From an uncultured Verrucomicrobiota bacterium (GTDB taxonomy: Bacteria; Verrucomicrobiota; Verrucomicrobiia; Limisphaerales; UBA9464), in NCBI GenBank assembly GCA_903896505.1, contig CAITXU010000246.1, forward strand, positions 9,657 to 73,656: a stretch of DNA of 64,000 bases, in the 5' to 3' direction. This document shows positions 47,799 through 58,021 of this stretch, in pieces (positions within the stretch are counted from its first letter, which is position 1; every line of letters starts with the position of its first letter). Made by a program: the position numbers and the translations under genes. The notes under the pieces were generated by a model. That model saw only the letters and a list, made by a program, of their open reading frames with translations, was not told the DNA's origin and did no database searches.

Positions 47799-48257
47799 CT
47801 ACCTTTTCGATGAAGAACGTATCAACTCCTCAACGGCCTCCTTGGCCTCGGCCAATCCCAGGCCGGATTCCTCTTGGAAAAGTCGGATGGCTTCAATCTT
47901 CCGGGACGGATCGGCAGCCACTGTCCGGACTCGATCTGAAACCGAGTATGACCCCGCTGGCGTTGTCCCCTGACCACGCCCTGAACGGGAATGTTTCTTA
48001 AAACGGACGAACCAAATCGCCAGTTGAAGCCCGGCGCAAATACAAATGAGAACCAGTAAAGCGTCGCGGCTCAGGAAGCCCAGTAATTTGCTGGCGGCGA
48101 AGTTGAAGCCCGTCAACAGCAACAGGACAAGAACGAAGAGCAGGAGGTTCAGGGGCAAGTCCTTCCAACCAACGGGCGGATAGAGCCGAAACGACTTGAC
48201 CCGGTTATCGAGCAGAAACGAACGGTCCTCCGTTGAGTCCGAATTGAAACCTTCCAT
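47799..48257 (-). CDS. membrane protein with a C-terminal ribosomal L7/L12-CTD-like domain
   Basis: Two TM helices, then KIEAIRLFQEESGLGLAEAKEAVE. Confidence 0.7.
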   Translation of the reverse strand: MEGFNSDSTEDRSFLLDNRVKSFRLYPPVGWKDLPLNLLLFVLVLLLLTGFNFAASKLLGFLSRDALLVLICICAGLQLAIWFVRFKKHSRSGRGQGTTPAGSYSVSDRVRTVAADPSRKIEAIRLFQEESGLGLAEAKEAVEELIRSSSKR

Positions 48258-48330
48258 TCTGCAATCATGAGCGGGTAGGCGGAACCGAGACGAGTGGAAA
48301 GCGCCGTTCTGATTCCATCGTCGTGATAAC

Positions 48331-48350
48331 TGACCTGTCCCTTAGTTTGA
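48331..48350 (+). repeat. TGACCTGTCCCTTAGTTTGA REP-like motif
   Basis: Matches the copies at 7982 and 35706. Confidence 0.85.
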
Positions 48351-48415
48351 AGGCGACGAACGAACCCAGTCGACGGTGTCTGGCATTCCGTTGAAACTCA
48401 ATCCACTCTCCCGCC

Positions 48416-49192
48416 GTGATTGTTCGCACGCGAAAGCTCCCACTGTTGGTCCAATTGCTGGTCCTCGGGGTCCTTATGCCATGGTCACTTTTCGGCCAAC
48501 CTCGCGTTGCGGCTTCCTCAATACCTCAGCCACTTGTCCAGCCTGGAAAAACGAACGAATTGGCCAGACGTTTCGCCGAGGAATTTCCCGACCTGCGGGC
48601 CAAGGCCGAAAAGGGCGACGCCGCTGCGCAGAATCTAGTCGGGGAAGTCTACGGTGCCGGACGCTGGGTGAAGGCGGACCCGAACGAGGCGCTGCAGTGG
48701 TACCTCCGTTCCGCAAGAAAGGGGCACGCCCCAGGTCAATACAACCTGGCGGTGGCTCTTGAAAATGGGGAGGGAACCCCAGTGAACCTTCCGGAGGCGC
48801 TTCATTGGTACAAAAAAGCGGCTGGGCAGGGATTTGCTCCGGCAGAATACAACCTCGGTTTAATGCTTTTGCGGGGACAAGTCGAAAAGCCCAAACCGAC
48901 CGAGGGCGCGAAATGGATTCAAAAGGCGGCTGAACACAACGACCGACTGGCGCAGGTTGCGTTGGCCTCCCTCTATGCCGAGGGCAACGGAGTCCGTAAG
49001 GACCCGGGAGAAGCCTGGGCGTGGCTGAGTGTGGTCCTTGCCGACGAGAAATTCCACTTCCAGACGGAATCCCTGAAATCCTCCCTGTCTCACCTGCAAA
49101 CGATGCTGACCTCCTCGCAATTGGAAGCCGCCCGATCCAGGGCAAAGGTCTTAACCCGGCAATTGACGAAGGGATCAGAAACCGGAAGGTGA
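48416..49192 (+). CDS. secreted Sel1-repeat protein
   Basis: About four Sel1 repeats (AEKGDAAAQNLVG..Y, GQYNLA..LENGEG, AEYNLG). Confidence 0.9.
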   Translation: MIVRTRKLPLLVQLLVLGVLMPWSLFGQPRVAASSIPQPLVQPGKTNELARRFAEEFPDLRAKAEKGDAAAQNLVGEVYGAGRWVKADPNEALQWYLRSARKGHAPGQYNLAVALENGEGTPVNLPEALHWYKKAAGQGFAPAEYNLGLMLLRGQVEKPKPTEGAKWIQKAAEHNDRLAQVALASLYAEGNGVRKDPGEAWAWLSVVLADEKFHFQTESLKSSLSHLQTMLTSSQLEAARSRAKVLTRQLTKGSETGR

Positions 49193-49267
49193 GTTTCAAC
49201 GACATTCATTTTCGTCCGCAAATCCATCCAATTCCCCACCATTTTCTCATTCGGGAACCGCCAGACG

Positions 49268-49332
49268 ATATAACAGGTGACCTGTCCCTTAGTTATTGTC
49301 CCCCAATATAACAGGTGACCTGTCCCTTAGTT
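49268..49332 (+). repeat. tandem duplication (38-bp period) of ATATAACAGGTGACCTGTCCCTTAGTT
   Basis: Two exact 27-bp copies at 49268 and 49306. Confidence 0.88.
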
Positions 49333-49409
49333 TTCGGTGGGGGTATCTTTTCAGTTAACGCGATACGATTCCGTCTGGAACCGGGCGAGGCACCCAGGCG
49401 CCCGGTCAT

Positions 49410-49994
49410 CTATACCGATGCCAGGATTCGATTCCATTGCGGGCTCTGGAGGTCGGGGTTCCCTTCGTTCCAGACCACAAACTGGGAGAGCAACATCTTC
49501 TGTTCCGCGGGCCACTGGGCCTCGATGCGAGATCCGACTTCCTCCGCGCTCCAGCCACGAGCCGCAAGACGTCGCTTCTGTTCGGCCGCAGTGCAGGCCA
49601 CGCAGACGGTCGCGTCGAAGGCCTTTTGGTAGCCCTTTTCGAACAATAGCGGAATTACAACACAGCCAAACCTGGCGCCCATTTCCTCCCAATTGGCCGC
49701 AGCCTCTTTCCAACCGGCTTCAATGCGGGGATGAAGGATAACTTCGAGGGATTTCCTTGCGATCGGGTCGGAGAAGACCCGTCGGGCCAGAAGTGGGCGG
49801 TTTAACTTTCCGTGGAGATCAAGATAGTCCCCGCCAAACGTCTGGACTATTTCCGCCAATGCGGGAAACCCAGGCTGAACCAGATGACGGGCAAGGTCAT
49901 CCGAATCGATGACCGGGACGGACATCCGTTGTAGGATGTCCGCTGCCGTTGACTTTCCCATCCCAATACCGCCCGTGATCCCCAACAACTTCAC
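49410..49994 (-). CDS. coaE: dephospho-CoA kinase
   Basis: GITGGIGMGKST, IDSD, LE.ILHP.I and IPLLFE. Confidence 0.95.
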   Translation of the reverse strand: MKLLGITGGIGMGKSTAADILQRMSVPVIDSDDLARHLVQPGFPALAEIVQTFGGDYLDLHGKLNRPLLARRVFSDPIARKSLEVILHPRIEAGWKEAAANWEEMGARFGCVVIPLLFEKGYQKAFDATVCVACTAAEQKRRLAARGWSAEEVGSRIEAQWPAEQKMLLSQFVVWNEGNPDLQSPQWNRILASV

Positions 49995-50012
49995 GGTTTG
50001 ACCAAGGAGGAA

Positions 50013-53000
50013 TCAGGGTGCCACGATGGTCCGGTAGGTACGGAAGGTATTTGTTCCGACCGGGGCCTGGATAAGGAAGGATCCGAGGGAATTGACGTTG
50101 GTGCTGAGAGCTCCCCAGTGAACCAAATCGCGGGAATATTGGGTCAAATAGACTTGGTCCAATTGTCCGGTGACATAGATCTGAGCTTTTCCGGCGGCCA
50201 CCTTCAGCAACTCATCGTGAGCCACAGAGCTGGAGTCGACGAGGGGGCGAATGTGAAGTTGGACGTTATCCAGCCAGGCGGTATCGGCACCGGATGAGCC
50301 GTTGGCGTCCTTCGAATAGCGCCACTCGTAGGTGTGAATGCCGCTGGGAACGTTAAAACCGAACGTCGCCCAACCCAGTTGACCCGACCATTGCTGGACC
50401 AGATTTCCATCGATATAGAACCCAAGGAAATCAAATCCAGCCTCAGAACTCACCTTGTAATCAAAGCTGCCATTGCCGCCATTGGAAGCAGTGGTTACCG
50501 AGAGCGACGTCAACTGGCCATCACCGATGGTTCCAGCCTGGGCGGCATGGGAATCGAGGGAAACGACGTTTGTCTGGACAAACCATTTTGTCGAACCGGA
50601 GGTCAACCACGGAAGCTTCTTAAAGTCACCTGTCTCGAAATCATCGGAATAGTGGTCCTGGATAAAGCTGGCGTGGACATTGACCCCTGGAGTGACCGGG
50701 AAAGTCAGCGGGTTATCGAAGGAAATGATGGAACCGGTCCAACCGGCAAATTGATGACGGGCATTCGCCACCGCTTGAACCGTAAAGAGACTATTGCTCG
50801 GGTATAGACCGCTGATTCGGGTGATAACACCACCCTCCCCGGACGACAGCGTCACCGGAAGCAAATTGACCGAATCAATTCGATAACCGAGCGAGAGGGA
50901 GCCAAAGGCACCACCGAACCCGTCGACCGCGATGCGAACCGGAACACCCTGCGTCACGGCTACTTGAACGGAACTGTAACCAGAGCCGGCAATGGCATCA
51001 TCGTTTGAGGCCAGCAACGTCAATGCGTTAACGAAATCTCCAGTATAAACCGCCAGCAAGGTATCGAAGGTCGAGCCCTTCAAATTTACGGTGAGCAGGC
51101 CCGAAAACGGTGGATTGTAGACATACCACACCGAATGTCCCCCGTCGTTACCGGCATGGGCCGGCTCGCCCGGTTCCTTGGTGGAACCCACGTTGCTTCC
51201 GTTGAGGTTCCCGGAATTACCGGTCAAGACAGTTCCCAAGGCGAAGGCATCGTTGCTCTGAGTAGGAACACGATAATAGACGTTGTAGAGGGCCGCCTGT
51301 GAAACGTTACCAGCGTAATCGAAGGCGACGATGCTGATGGTATTGGCCCCAGGAGCGAGGCTCAGAGCGGAAGGCAGGGTCCAGTTGGTGGTGCCGGCAG
51401 CTGTCGCTGAAACGGAATTGTTGAGACTGATTTGGACCGATTTGACACCGCTCGGGGACGGTTGCGGATCGATGGAAGTACCCGACAACGCCAGCTTGTT
51501 GGTTGTCACCAAAAGGCCATCGACCAACCCATTAACGCTGACACGAGGGGGAAGATTGTCGATGCTGCCATTCGGTTGAAGCTCGAGACGAAAACGTCCG
51601 AGATTATCACTATTCACGCTGGCGACCGCAATTTTGTAGGAGACGCCGGCGACGGCTTGAAAGATGAATTGAACACCCGTATTACCGCTGGAGGCCGCTG
51701 CCGAGGCGATTGGCTTCAGAGTTTTGAGCGATGATCCGGTGTAGACGGCGACAACGGTCGGGACGTCACTGCGCAGGGTATCCACTAATACGGGGCCACT
51801 GGCCAAAGGTGAATAGGAGTACCACAGCGACGCAGCCACCGTGGAGACACCCGCGTGCGCGGGTTCGCCGGTCTGAACGGATGCCAACGTATTGGTCCCA
51901 AACAGGACAGCCCCGGTGGAGGCAATCTTCTGCGGTTGTAGGAAATCGTCGTTAGCCGGTGGAGCCACCAAGTTGTAGGTATTCGTGAAGATGACGCCAT
52001 TTTCCTTGGGGGCATTGACCACGAAAAGGAAACTGTAGGTTCCCACATTGGTTCCGGAGAACGTGGCGGAATAAACATCGTCTCCCGACGTCAAGTCGGC
52101 TCCAGTCCCGTCATTGACAAAGACCAATGGCGCTGAGATCCCGGCCGGATCGGTCACCGTGCAATTGACGGTCGCGTTCGTGATTGGGAAGATGTCCGTC
52201 ACCGTGACAAAGAAGGGAATATTGGTATTTCCAACGCGAAGGGTGGTCCCATTGGGAGGATTGACCGACACCTTGAGTGAGCCGCTGGGACCGGATGCCA
52301 CCGCGTTGTAGGCATTGACACGGCCGCCGGTGGTGGTCAGCCCATCCAAGGCGGGAATGGGAACAATTGAATTTAGCACCCGTTGGCGTAATTCGGCCAT
52401 GGAGGCTTTGGGGTGCGCTGCCAGGGTGAGGGCCGCCACACCGGCTACGTGTGGAGATGCCATGCTGGTTCCCTGTTCCACCACGTAGTCGGTATCTCCC
52501 CCCGCAAACGTGGAATATATCTCCACACCAGGAGCACCCAAATTGACTGTCTTCAACCCGAAGCAGGAGAAACTGGCAAGTTGGTCTTTACGGTCCAAGG
52601 CAGCCACCGAAAGCATGCTGGGAAGCCCAAAACTAGCCGGAGCAAAGGGGATGATATCATCGTCCGTACCATTATTCCCAGCGGCTGCGACAAAAAGCAT
52701 CCCTTTGGCTCCGGCTTGGTTGATAGCGTCGATCAGGGGTTGGTCTCCTTCGCCACCGGAAGGACCGCCCCAACTATTGTTGGAGATTCGTGCACCCATC
52801 TTGGAGGCATACTCGATACATTTGATGGCATCGCTACCCTGCCCGGATCCCGATGCAGAGAGGAATTTGCAGGCCATCAACGAAACGTTCCAACAAACGC
52901 CAACGTGGGGATACCCGTTGTTAGCCGCCGCACCCATGGTGCCCGATGTATGAGTTCCGTGGCCGTTGTCGTCAAAAGGGTTTCCGGAACCGGTGATTCC

Positions 53001-53669
53001 GTTAAAGCCATAGACGTCGTCCACAACGCCGTTGTTGTCATCATCGATTCCATTTCCCGGAATCTCATTGGTATTGACCCACATGTTGGCTGCCAGATCC
53101 TTGTGGGTGTATCGGACGCCGGTATCAATGCTTGCGACAATCACCGCGTTTGTTCCGGTGGTCAGCTGCCAAGCCGCAACCGCGTCAATATCGGCGCCAG
53201 GTTTACCACCATTTTGACCGGTATTCCGCAATCCCCAGAGAGTGCCATCGGAGAACTTGAGGTCGTCAGGTATCGCGTTGGCGTATTTCACCGCGTCGGA
53301 AGTCACATATTGGAACAGCCCTGAGGAGCGAAGGTAATCGATTCTATCCTGGAGTGCCTGTGCTTTTGCCTGAGGAGACGTGACCGCCGCGGCCGTCACA
53401 TCGGGATGGTCGGAGTCAATAAGAAGCAATCCGGGAACCAACGTGTATTCATATTGGATGGCCAAACCCGCCGCCGCAAGGACGGCGACCGCCTGAGGAC
53501 GGACTACAGCCAGATCGGATTCCTGACTGATGCGCAGCCTCCCGAGCACATGAGTGGGATGGACCGCGATTCCATTCAACTGGATGGATTCAGCGCCTGC
53601 CCGGCCCGTCAATAGGCCGCTCATTCCCGCCACCAAGGCGGCTAAAACGAAGATTCGCTTCCAAAACAT
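50013..53669 (-). CDS. secreted multidomain S8 (subtilisin-like) serine peptidase
   Basis: Signal peptide; IDTG, HGTH and GTSMAS triad; two (A/S)NDxF...GEPAHAG domains, Ig-like modules and a C-terminal RTYR domain. Confidence 0.92.
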   Translation of the reverse strand: MFWKRIFVLAALVAGMSGLLTGRAGAESIQLNGIAVHPTHVLGRLRISQESDLAVVRPQAVAVLAAAGLAIQYEYTLVPGLLLIDSDHPDVTAAAVTSPQAKAQALQDRIDYLRSSGLFQYVTSDAVKYANAIPDDLKFSDGTLWGLRNTGQNGGKPGADIDAVAAWQLTTGTNAVIVASIDTGVRYTHKDLAANMWVNTNEIPGNGIDDDNNGVVDDVYGFNGITGSGNPFDDNGHGTHTSGTMGAAANNGYPHVGVCWNVSLMACKFLSASGSGQGSDAIKCIEYASKMGARISNNSWGGPSGGEGDQPLIDAINQAGAKGMLFVAAAGNNGTDDDIIPFAPASFGLPSMLSVAALDRKDQLASFSCFGLKTVNLGAPGVEIYSTFAGGDTDYVVEQGTSMASPHVAGVAALTLAAHPKASMAELRQRVLNSIVPIPALDGLTTTGGRVNAYNAVASGPSGSLKVSVNPPNGTTLRVGNTNIPFFVTVTDIFPITNATVNCTVTDPAGISAPLVFVNDGTGADLTSGDDVYSATFSGTNVGTYSFLFVVNAPKENGVIFTNTYNLVAPPANDDFLQPQKIASTGAVLFGTNTLASVQTGEPAHAGVSTVAASLWYSYSPLASGPVLVDTLRSDVPTVVAVYTGSSLKTLKPIASAAASSGNTGVQFIFQAVAGVSYKIAVASVNSDNLGRFRLELQPNGSIDNLPPRVSVNGLVDGLLVTTNKLALSGTSIDPQPSPSGVKSVQISLNNSVSATAAGTTNWTLPSALSLAPGANTISIVAFDYAGNVSQAALYNVYYRVPTQSNDAFALGTVLTGNSGNLNGSNVGSTKEPGEPAHAGNDGGHSVWYVYNPPFSGLLTVNLKGSTFDTLLAVYTGDFVNALTLLASNDDAIAGSGYSSVQVAVTQGVPVRIAVDGFGGAFGSLSLGYRIDSVNLLPVTLSSGEGGVITRISGLYPSNSLFTVQAVANARHQFAGWTGSIISFDNPLTFPVTPGVNVHASFIQDHYSDDFETGDFKKLPWLTSGSTKWFVQTNVVSLDSHAAQAGTIGDGQLTSLSVTTASNGGNGSFDYKVSSEAGFDFLGFYIDGNLVQQWSGQLGWATFGFNVPSGIHTYEWRYSKDANGSSGADTAWLDNVQLHIRPLVDSSSVAHDELLKVAAGKAQIYVTGQLDQVYLTQYSRDLVHWGALSTNVNSLGSFLIQAPVGTNTFRTYRTIVAP

Positions 53670-53695
53670 AAGGTTGGTTGATGAACGGAGCTGAT

Positions 53696-56554
53696 TCAGG
53701 GCTGATAACTCACCCGATAGTAGCGGGTGGCACCACTTGAGCCGGCGGTATCGCGGAAGCTCAACGTCGTGGGAACCGAGAGGGTATTGGTCACGGAGCC
53801 AAGTGAAACCCATTTGACCGGCTTGATAGACTGGGAGTATTCGACCGAATAGACGGCGTGGGCAGCGGCAGCCCAAGAGAGGGTGCTGACGAGCTTGGGC
53901 GACGGTGTGACAGTCACCGAAACCGGCGGTACATCAAACGGTGCCGGGTCGAGCGCATTGACAATTCCATTTCCATTGGAATCGATGTTGGGGCTGTTCA
54001 GAAGGTTACGGTTGACGACGATCACCTGACCCGTTTGCAAAGCCACTTTAACCCCACCGTTGGGTCCGGCGAATTCTCCGACCCAGCGGATATGACCGTT
54101 GGCCAACCCATCCACCTGCTCCACAGGTACGTTGGCATCTGCAAAATAAAGGGTGAAATTGTCATCAAAGAGCAGAGAATCTGCTCCGGACGCCAAGAGA
54201 CCTGGGTCCAGAACCACCTTGTCCACGTAAAGTGCATACGGTCCCGTACCACCTGGACCGCTGAACGTGATGACCCCTCCGTCGCCTACCTGGAGATAGA
54301 GACGACCTATGGCAGCGTTATCGACGTAGCCTTCGACCGTTGCCCCCTTATCCTGGCCAGACCAGATAATTGGATAGGAAGACTGAGGCTCAGCGGTGGC
54401 CTCAATCGTGGTCCCCAGCAAATCTCCGGAGGCCGGTTTTGTAAGAAGGGTGATACCCTGCTTTGAGCTGATTCGGCTTTGAGCAGCACTTCCAGCATCG
54501 GACACCCGTCCCGGGATGCTTAGAGTTGTGACACCATTACCCACCAGTGCCGCATTCCTCAATTTGAGAGTTGCGGTGGTTATGTTGATGTCACCGTCCG
54601 AATTGACCAACCCACCATCCATCTTGGTGTCGTCCGCGGTGAGGTTGATGGCAGATCTATAAGCCGTCGTCAAACTTCCATCCTCCTCCAAATAGGAGCT
54701 GTGAATGGTGATGCCCAAAGACAAGAAACTGCCATAGTTCACCCATGTATCGTAAGGAACGGGAAGGTCGGCTCCGAAATTCACCCCCCCGATGGCAGTA
54801 AAATCTCCATAATTAGTGAAGTTCAACAGATTGGGACCATTCGTACCCACCCAGGAACGGTTCACCCCCGTACCCATGGTCAGGTTGGTGGCCAAGGTCA
54901 GCGACTTCGACAGAACCAAGAACTTGTCCTGAGCCGTTAGTTCATCACCAATCGTAGCACTCGAGCCCCGAACGGTGAGACCGCTCAGGTAGGTTGGTTG
55001 CTGCGCAGTCAGCTGACCTTTGAAGAAAACAACGTGATAATCCGCTTCAAAAACGATGGTGTTGGTGACGTTTTCCGGGGTGTTCGTGTCTCCATTGCGT
55101 GCCGTGTTGGTCGAGACGACGTCCGCGCTGTTATAGTTGGTGAAGAGCACGCTGAGATGATCCACGAATCCATCCGCAAATCGAAGGGTACTCAGACCCG
55201 CCAGATTTGTGACCGTCGTATCTCCGGTTGAGGCACCCAAATCGTAATACAAATATGGGGCTTGAACGACCGTTGACCTGGAGGTGGTCAGATTCTCGGC
55301 GCGGATGTTGACAACATTCTGTCCACGAATCCGTGAGCGGGTTAGATCCAGATTTTTCGCCGAAATCTCAATGCGCCCAGGTAGATTGGTCACTGAGGCA
55401 CCGGGTACGGCGGGGACGCCCGCCCCCGAGGAGCTCATCGCCAAACGGATGGCGGTGAAATAATTGGTCGATACCAAATTAGTGAGCGTCAACCCCTTGG
55501 GGAAATTCGTATCAAAATACTTTGTGAAGATTGTCGGATATAGGTCCGCATTGTCACGCAGCGCACCGGATGCCAGAGGTGTGACGAAGGTTGTCTGAGG
55601 CCGGACAGTTCCAGGAAAGAATGAGGTGCCGCCCGAAGCCCCCAACTCATCGACAATCACCACCTGCTGGAGATCGGGAGCACCCGTGAGGAGGTCGGTA
55701 TCAATGGTGAAGTATTGAGCGAAAACGTCGCTGTAATTGGTCAAGCCCCGGGGACCAGGGACATGAGGATTAAACGTAACACTGATTTGGACATTCGTGT
55801 CGGCCTGGGGTTCGACAAAGACCACCTCAATGATTTGACGGTTGGTATCCACTTGATTGGTACGAACAAACGACAGTGGATTAAATAGCTTTAGTGCCGG
55901 GCGTTGGTAAATGGTTCCGTTGATGTCCTCGAGTGTGTACGTGGGGCTCGTGACCCGAAAGAGACCTGGACCAACCGCTCTGAGCAACGTCAACGGATCG
56001 ACACCGGCAGTGTTGGTGGCTTCACCGTAGTAGATCGCGTCGGTGTACCCGGGAACCCCCGTGTCGGCAGTCGATTGGATCGCGACGAGACCCCCAACCA
56101 GATTGACATTGCCGCCTTCCAGCCGGAGTAATCCCGTACTCGGAACGGTCAACGAGCCGTGGTTAACAATATTTGTTGCTTTGAGAATAAGATAGGGACC
56201 GTCGTAGAATGAGCCTCCCACGGTAATGGAACCCACCCCCTCATTGACAATACTGGATGCCCACCGTCGAATACCCGTTGCACCGTCGAAAAACTCGAAG
56301 TCAAAACCACCCGAGTACCCCACGTCGGAGATCATGGTTCCCCGGTTGGTATAGTTGAGTGTATTCTGGGTGGTGTACGGACTCACCAATCCGCTGACAA
56401 CGAAGGTTCCCCGGTTGACGAAGGCTGTCGCGTCAATTTGAGGAGCGTCGGTCACCAATCGATCATTGATGTAAATGGGAGTTACTGCGACGGCCGTCTT
56501 TGCCGCGATAACCAAGCCCAAGAGTTGAAGAGTTCGGAAAAGAAGCGTTTTCAT
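53696..56554 (-). CDS. large secreted beta-rich protein with a C-terminal RYYR domain
   Basis: Signal peptide MKTLLFRTLQLLGLVIAAKTAVA; T/N/G/S-rich; DSNGNGIVNALD Ca-binding-like loop. Confidence 0.8.
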   Translation of the reverse strand: MKTLLFRTLQLLGLVIAAKTAVAVTPIYINDRLVTDAPQIDATAFVNRGTFVVSGLVSPYTTQNTLNYTNRGTMISDVGYSGGFDFEFFDGATGIRRWASSIVNEGVGSITVGGSFYDGPYLILKATNIVNHGSLTVPSTGLLRLEGGNVNLVGGLVAIQSTADTGVPGYTDAIYYGEATNTAGVDPLTLLRAVGPGLFRVTSPTYTLEDINGTIYQRPALKLFNPLSFVRTNQVDTNRQIIEVVFVEPQADTNVQISVTFNPHVPGPRGLTNYSDVFAQYFTIDTDLLTGAPDLQQVVIVDELGASGGTSFFPGTVRPQTTFVTPLASGALRDNADLYPTIFTKYFDTNFPKGLTLTNLVSTNYFTAIRLAMSSSGAGVPAVPGASVTNLPGRIEISAKNLDLTRSRIRGQNVVNIRAENLTTSRSTVVQAPYLYYDLGASTGDTTVTNLAGLSTLRFADGFVDHLSVLFTNYNSADVVSTNTARNGDTNTPENVTNTIVFEADYHVVFFKGQLTAQQPTYLSGLTVRGSSATIGDELTAQDKFLVLSKSLTLATNLTMGTGVNRSWVGTNGPNLLNFTNYGDFTAIGGVNFGADLPVPYDTWVNYGSFLSLGITIHSSYLEEDGSLTTAYRSAINLTADDTKMDGGLVNSDGDINITTATLKLRNAALVGNGVTTLSIPGRVSDAGSAAQSRISSKQGITLLTKPASGDLLGTTIEATAEPQSSYPIIWSGQDKGATVEGYVDNAAIGRLYLQVGDGGVITFSGPGGTGPYALYVDKVVLDPGLLASGADSLLFDDNFTLYFADANVPVEQVDGLANGHIRWVGEFAGPNGGVKVALQTGQVIVVNRNLLNSPNIDSNGNGIVNALDPAPFDVPPVSVTVTPSPKLVSTLSWAAAAHAVYSVEYSQSIKPVKWVSLGSVTNTLSVPTTLSFRDTAGSSGATRYYRVSYQP

Positions 56555-56561
56555 GGCTAGG

Positions 56562-58016
56562 TTACTTTCCGCCGAGTGCCAGGTTTTCAATTTCCCGGAC
56601 CGAGGATCCGAGAGGGAAAACAATCGGTGCGTTGGTTGTTCCGTCAAAATATCCCCAAGTAAATCCTTCGGTCGCATCCTGCTGGCCAACACCGGTGCCA
56701 AAAGGAGCGAAATTCAAATAGTAGCGGATGAAGTTGGCCAACCCAAGTTCGTGGCGACCTGCGGTGGTACCAGGTCCGTTGTGTTCACCCCCCGCTCCAT
56801 CGGTATTATTGGCACTTTCGTTAATCCAGGCGGCTGTATCCGTGTGGATGGATGGCACGGGGGCACCGGAGGGGGAAACGACTCCATAATCGCCAGAAGA
56901 GATGAGAAGATCGGGTTGGGTAACCAACCGGGATACTGTCTGAGTCTTCGTCGTCTTGTTGGTCACGTAGCGATCCTGCCAGTTGATCGCATAGGGGTTC
57001 AAAGTAGTTCCGACCAGCGAATCAAAGTTCAGACGAACGAACTTGTACTTTCCAACTCCGGGCCGAAGAGCGGTTTGAACAATAGGAAACCCGTTGGTTA
57101 AAAATGATGTTCCGGTGGAGTTGGTGATGCTGGTGACCAAACTCCAGGGGGAAGACGTCGAATCACCACCTCCAACGCTGGTTTGGGTACCACCTACAAC
57201 ATCTGCAAACAGCGTCTCCACGTTCAAGGCAGTGGAGCGCAAATTAAAGCGAACCTGTCCTGCATCATCTCGTGTGAGTCCTCCAAAATAGCCACCCGGT
57301 AGTCTGGCTTTGATAAATCCCCGAATTCCGAAATCGCCACCATTGATACCCGAAAATCCAGAAAGTGAGGTGAGTTCAGGAGCCAGGGAGTCCACAGCAG
57401 AGATCGCAGCCTGCCATGTCGGGGTATTGTTTTCCTTAAAGATGGTGTAGGTATACAGCACGTTATTCACATAAGGTGTCGCGTTCCATGTCAGCGGGTC
57501 GAAGTTCCGCGTGACCACTGAGAAGAACTGGCGGGGGTCACCTGCCGGGGAAACGATCTGGCTTCGGAGAGCAAAGGTGAAGCGCTCGGCGGCAGCGGCG
57601 GCGTAGAATTGCTCAAAAATCCGCCCCATCATCCAGGTTTTGACATCCAGGATACCCAAGGCTCCGGCGGTTGGATGATACCGATATTGTTCCAAAGGAA
57701 ACTCGCTGAGGTCGCTCGACATGTTGGCGGCATCGGGCAGGTCATTGAAGACCTTGATGGCCGCCTCGACCGCATTGACGCCATCCGTGCCATAGTATTT
57801 GAGGAAGGTCGCGTCGTAAGCATAGGTGATGACCGGAACCGGCCAGCGATAACCTTCATTGATGTTCATCGGCCCACCGATGTCACCAGCCCATTGGTAG
57901 CCCAGGGTGACGGTCTGCCAGGAGGCCCAAGGCCCCAGAAGAGAAAACGCTTGAACACGTGCGACGGCCGACGTCAGCAACAACGCGGTCAATAATGGTC
58001 GAAAGTAGCGTTGCAT
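56562..58016 (-). CDS. secreted protein with a degenerate matrixin-like (zincin) domain
   Basis: Signal peptide; RWP..VITYAYD..F and LTRDDAGQVRF resemble M10 peptidases, but HExxH is absent. Confidence 0.75.
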   Translation of the reverse strand: MQRYFRPLLTALLLTSAVARVQAFSLLGPWASWQTVTLGYQWAGDIGGPMNINEGYRWPVPVITYAYDATFLKYYGTDGVNAVEAAIKVFNDLPDAANMSSDLSEFPLEQYRYHPTAGALGILDVKTWMMGRIFEQFYAAAAAERFTFALRSQIVSPAGDPRQFFSVVTRNFDPLTWNATPYVNNVLYTYTIFKENNTPTWQAAISAVDSLAPELTSLSGFSGINGGDFGIRGFIKARLPGGYFGGLTRDDAGQVRFNLRSTALNVETLFADVVGGTQTSVGGGDSTSSPWSLVTSITNSTGTSFLTNGFPIVQTALRPGVGKYKFVRLNFDSLVGTTLNPYAINWQDRYVTNKTTKTQTVSRLVTQPDLLISSGDYGVVSPSGAPVPSIHTDTAAWINESANNTDGAGGEHNGPGTTAGRHELGLANFIRYYLNFAPFGTGVGQQDATEGFTWGYFDGTTNAPIVFPLGSSVREIENLALGGK

Positions 58017-58021
58017 AGGGT

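Noticed and set aside
47799-48257. Ribosomal protein rplL
   Set aside because: Only a short L7/L12-CTD-like motif follows two TM helices, and there is no ribosomal operon context.
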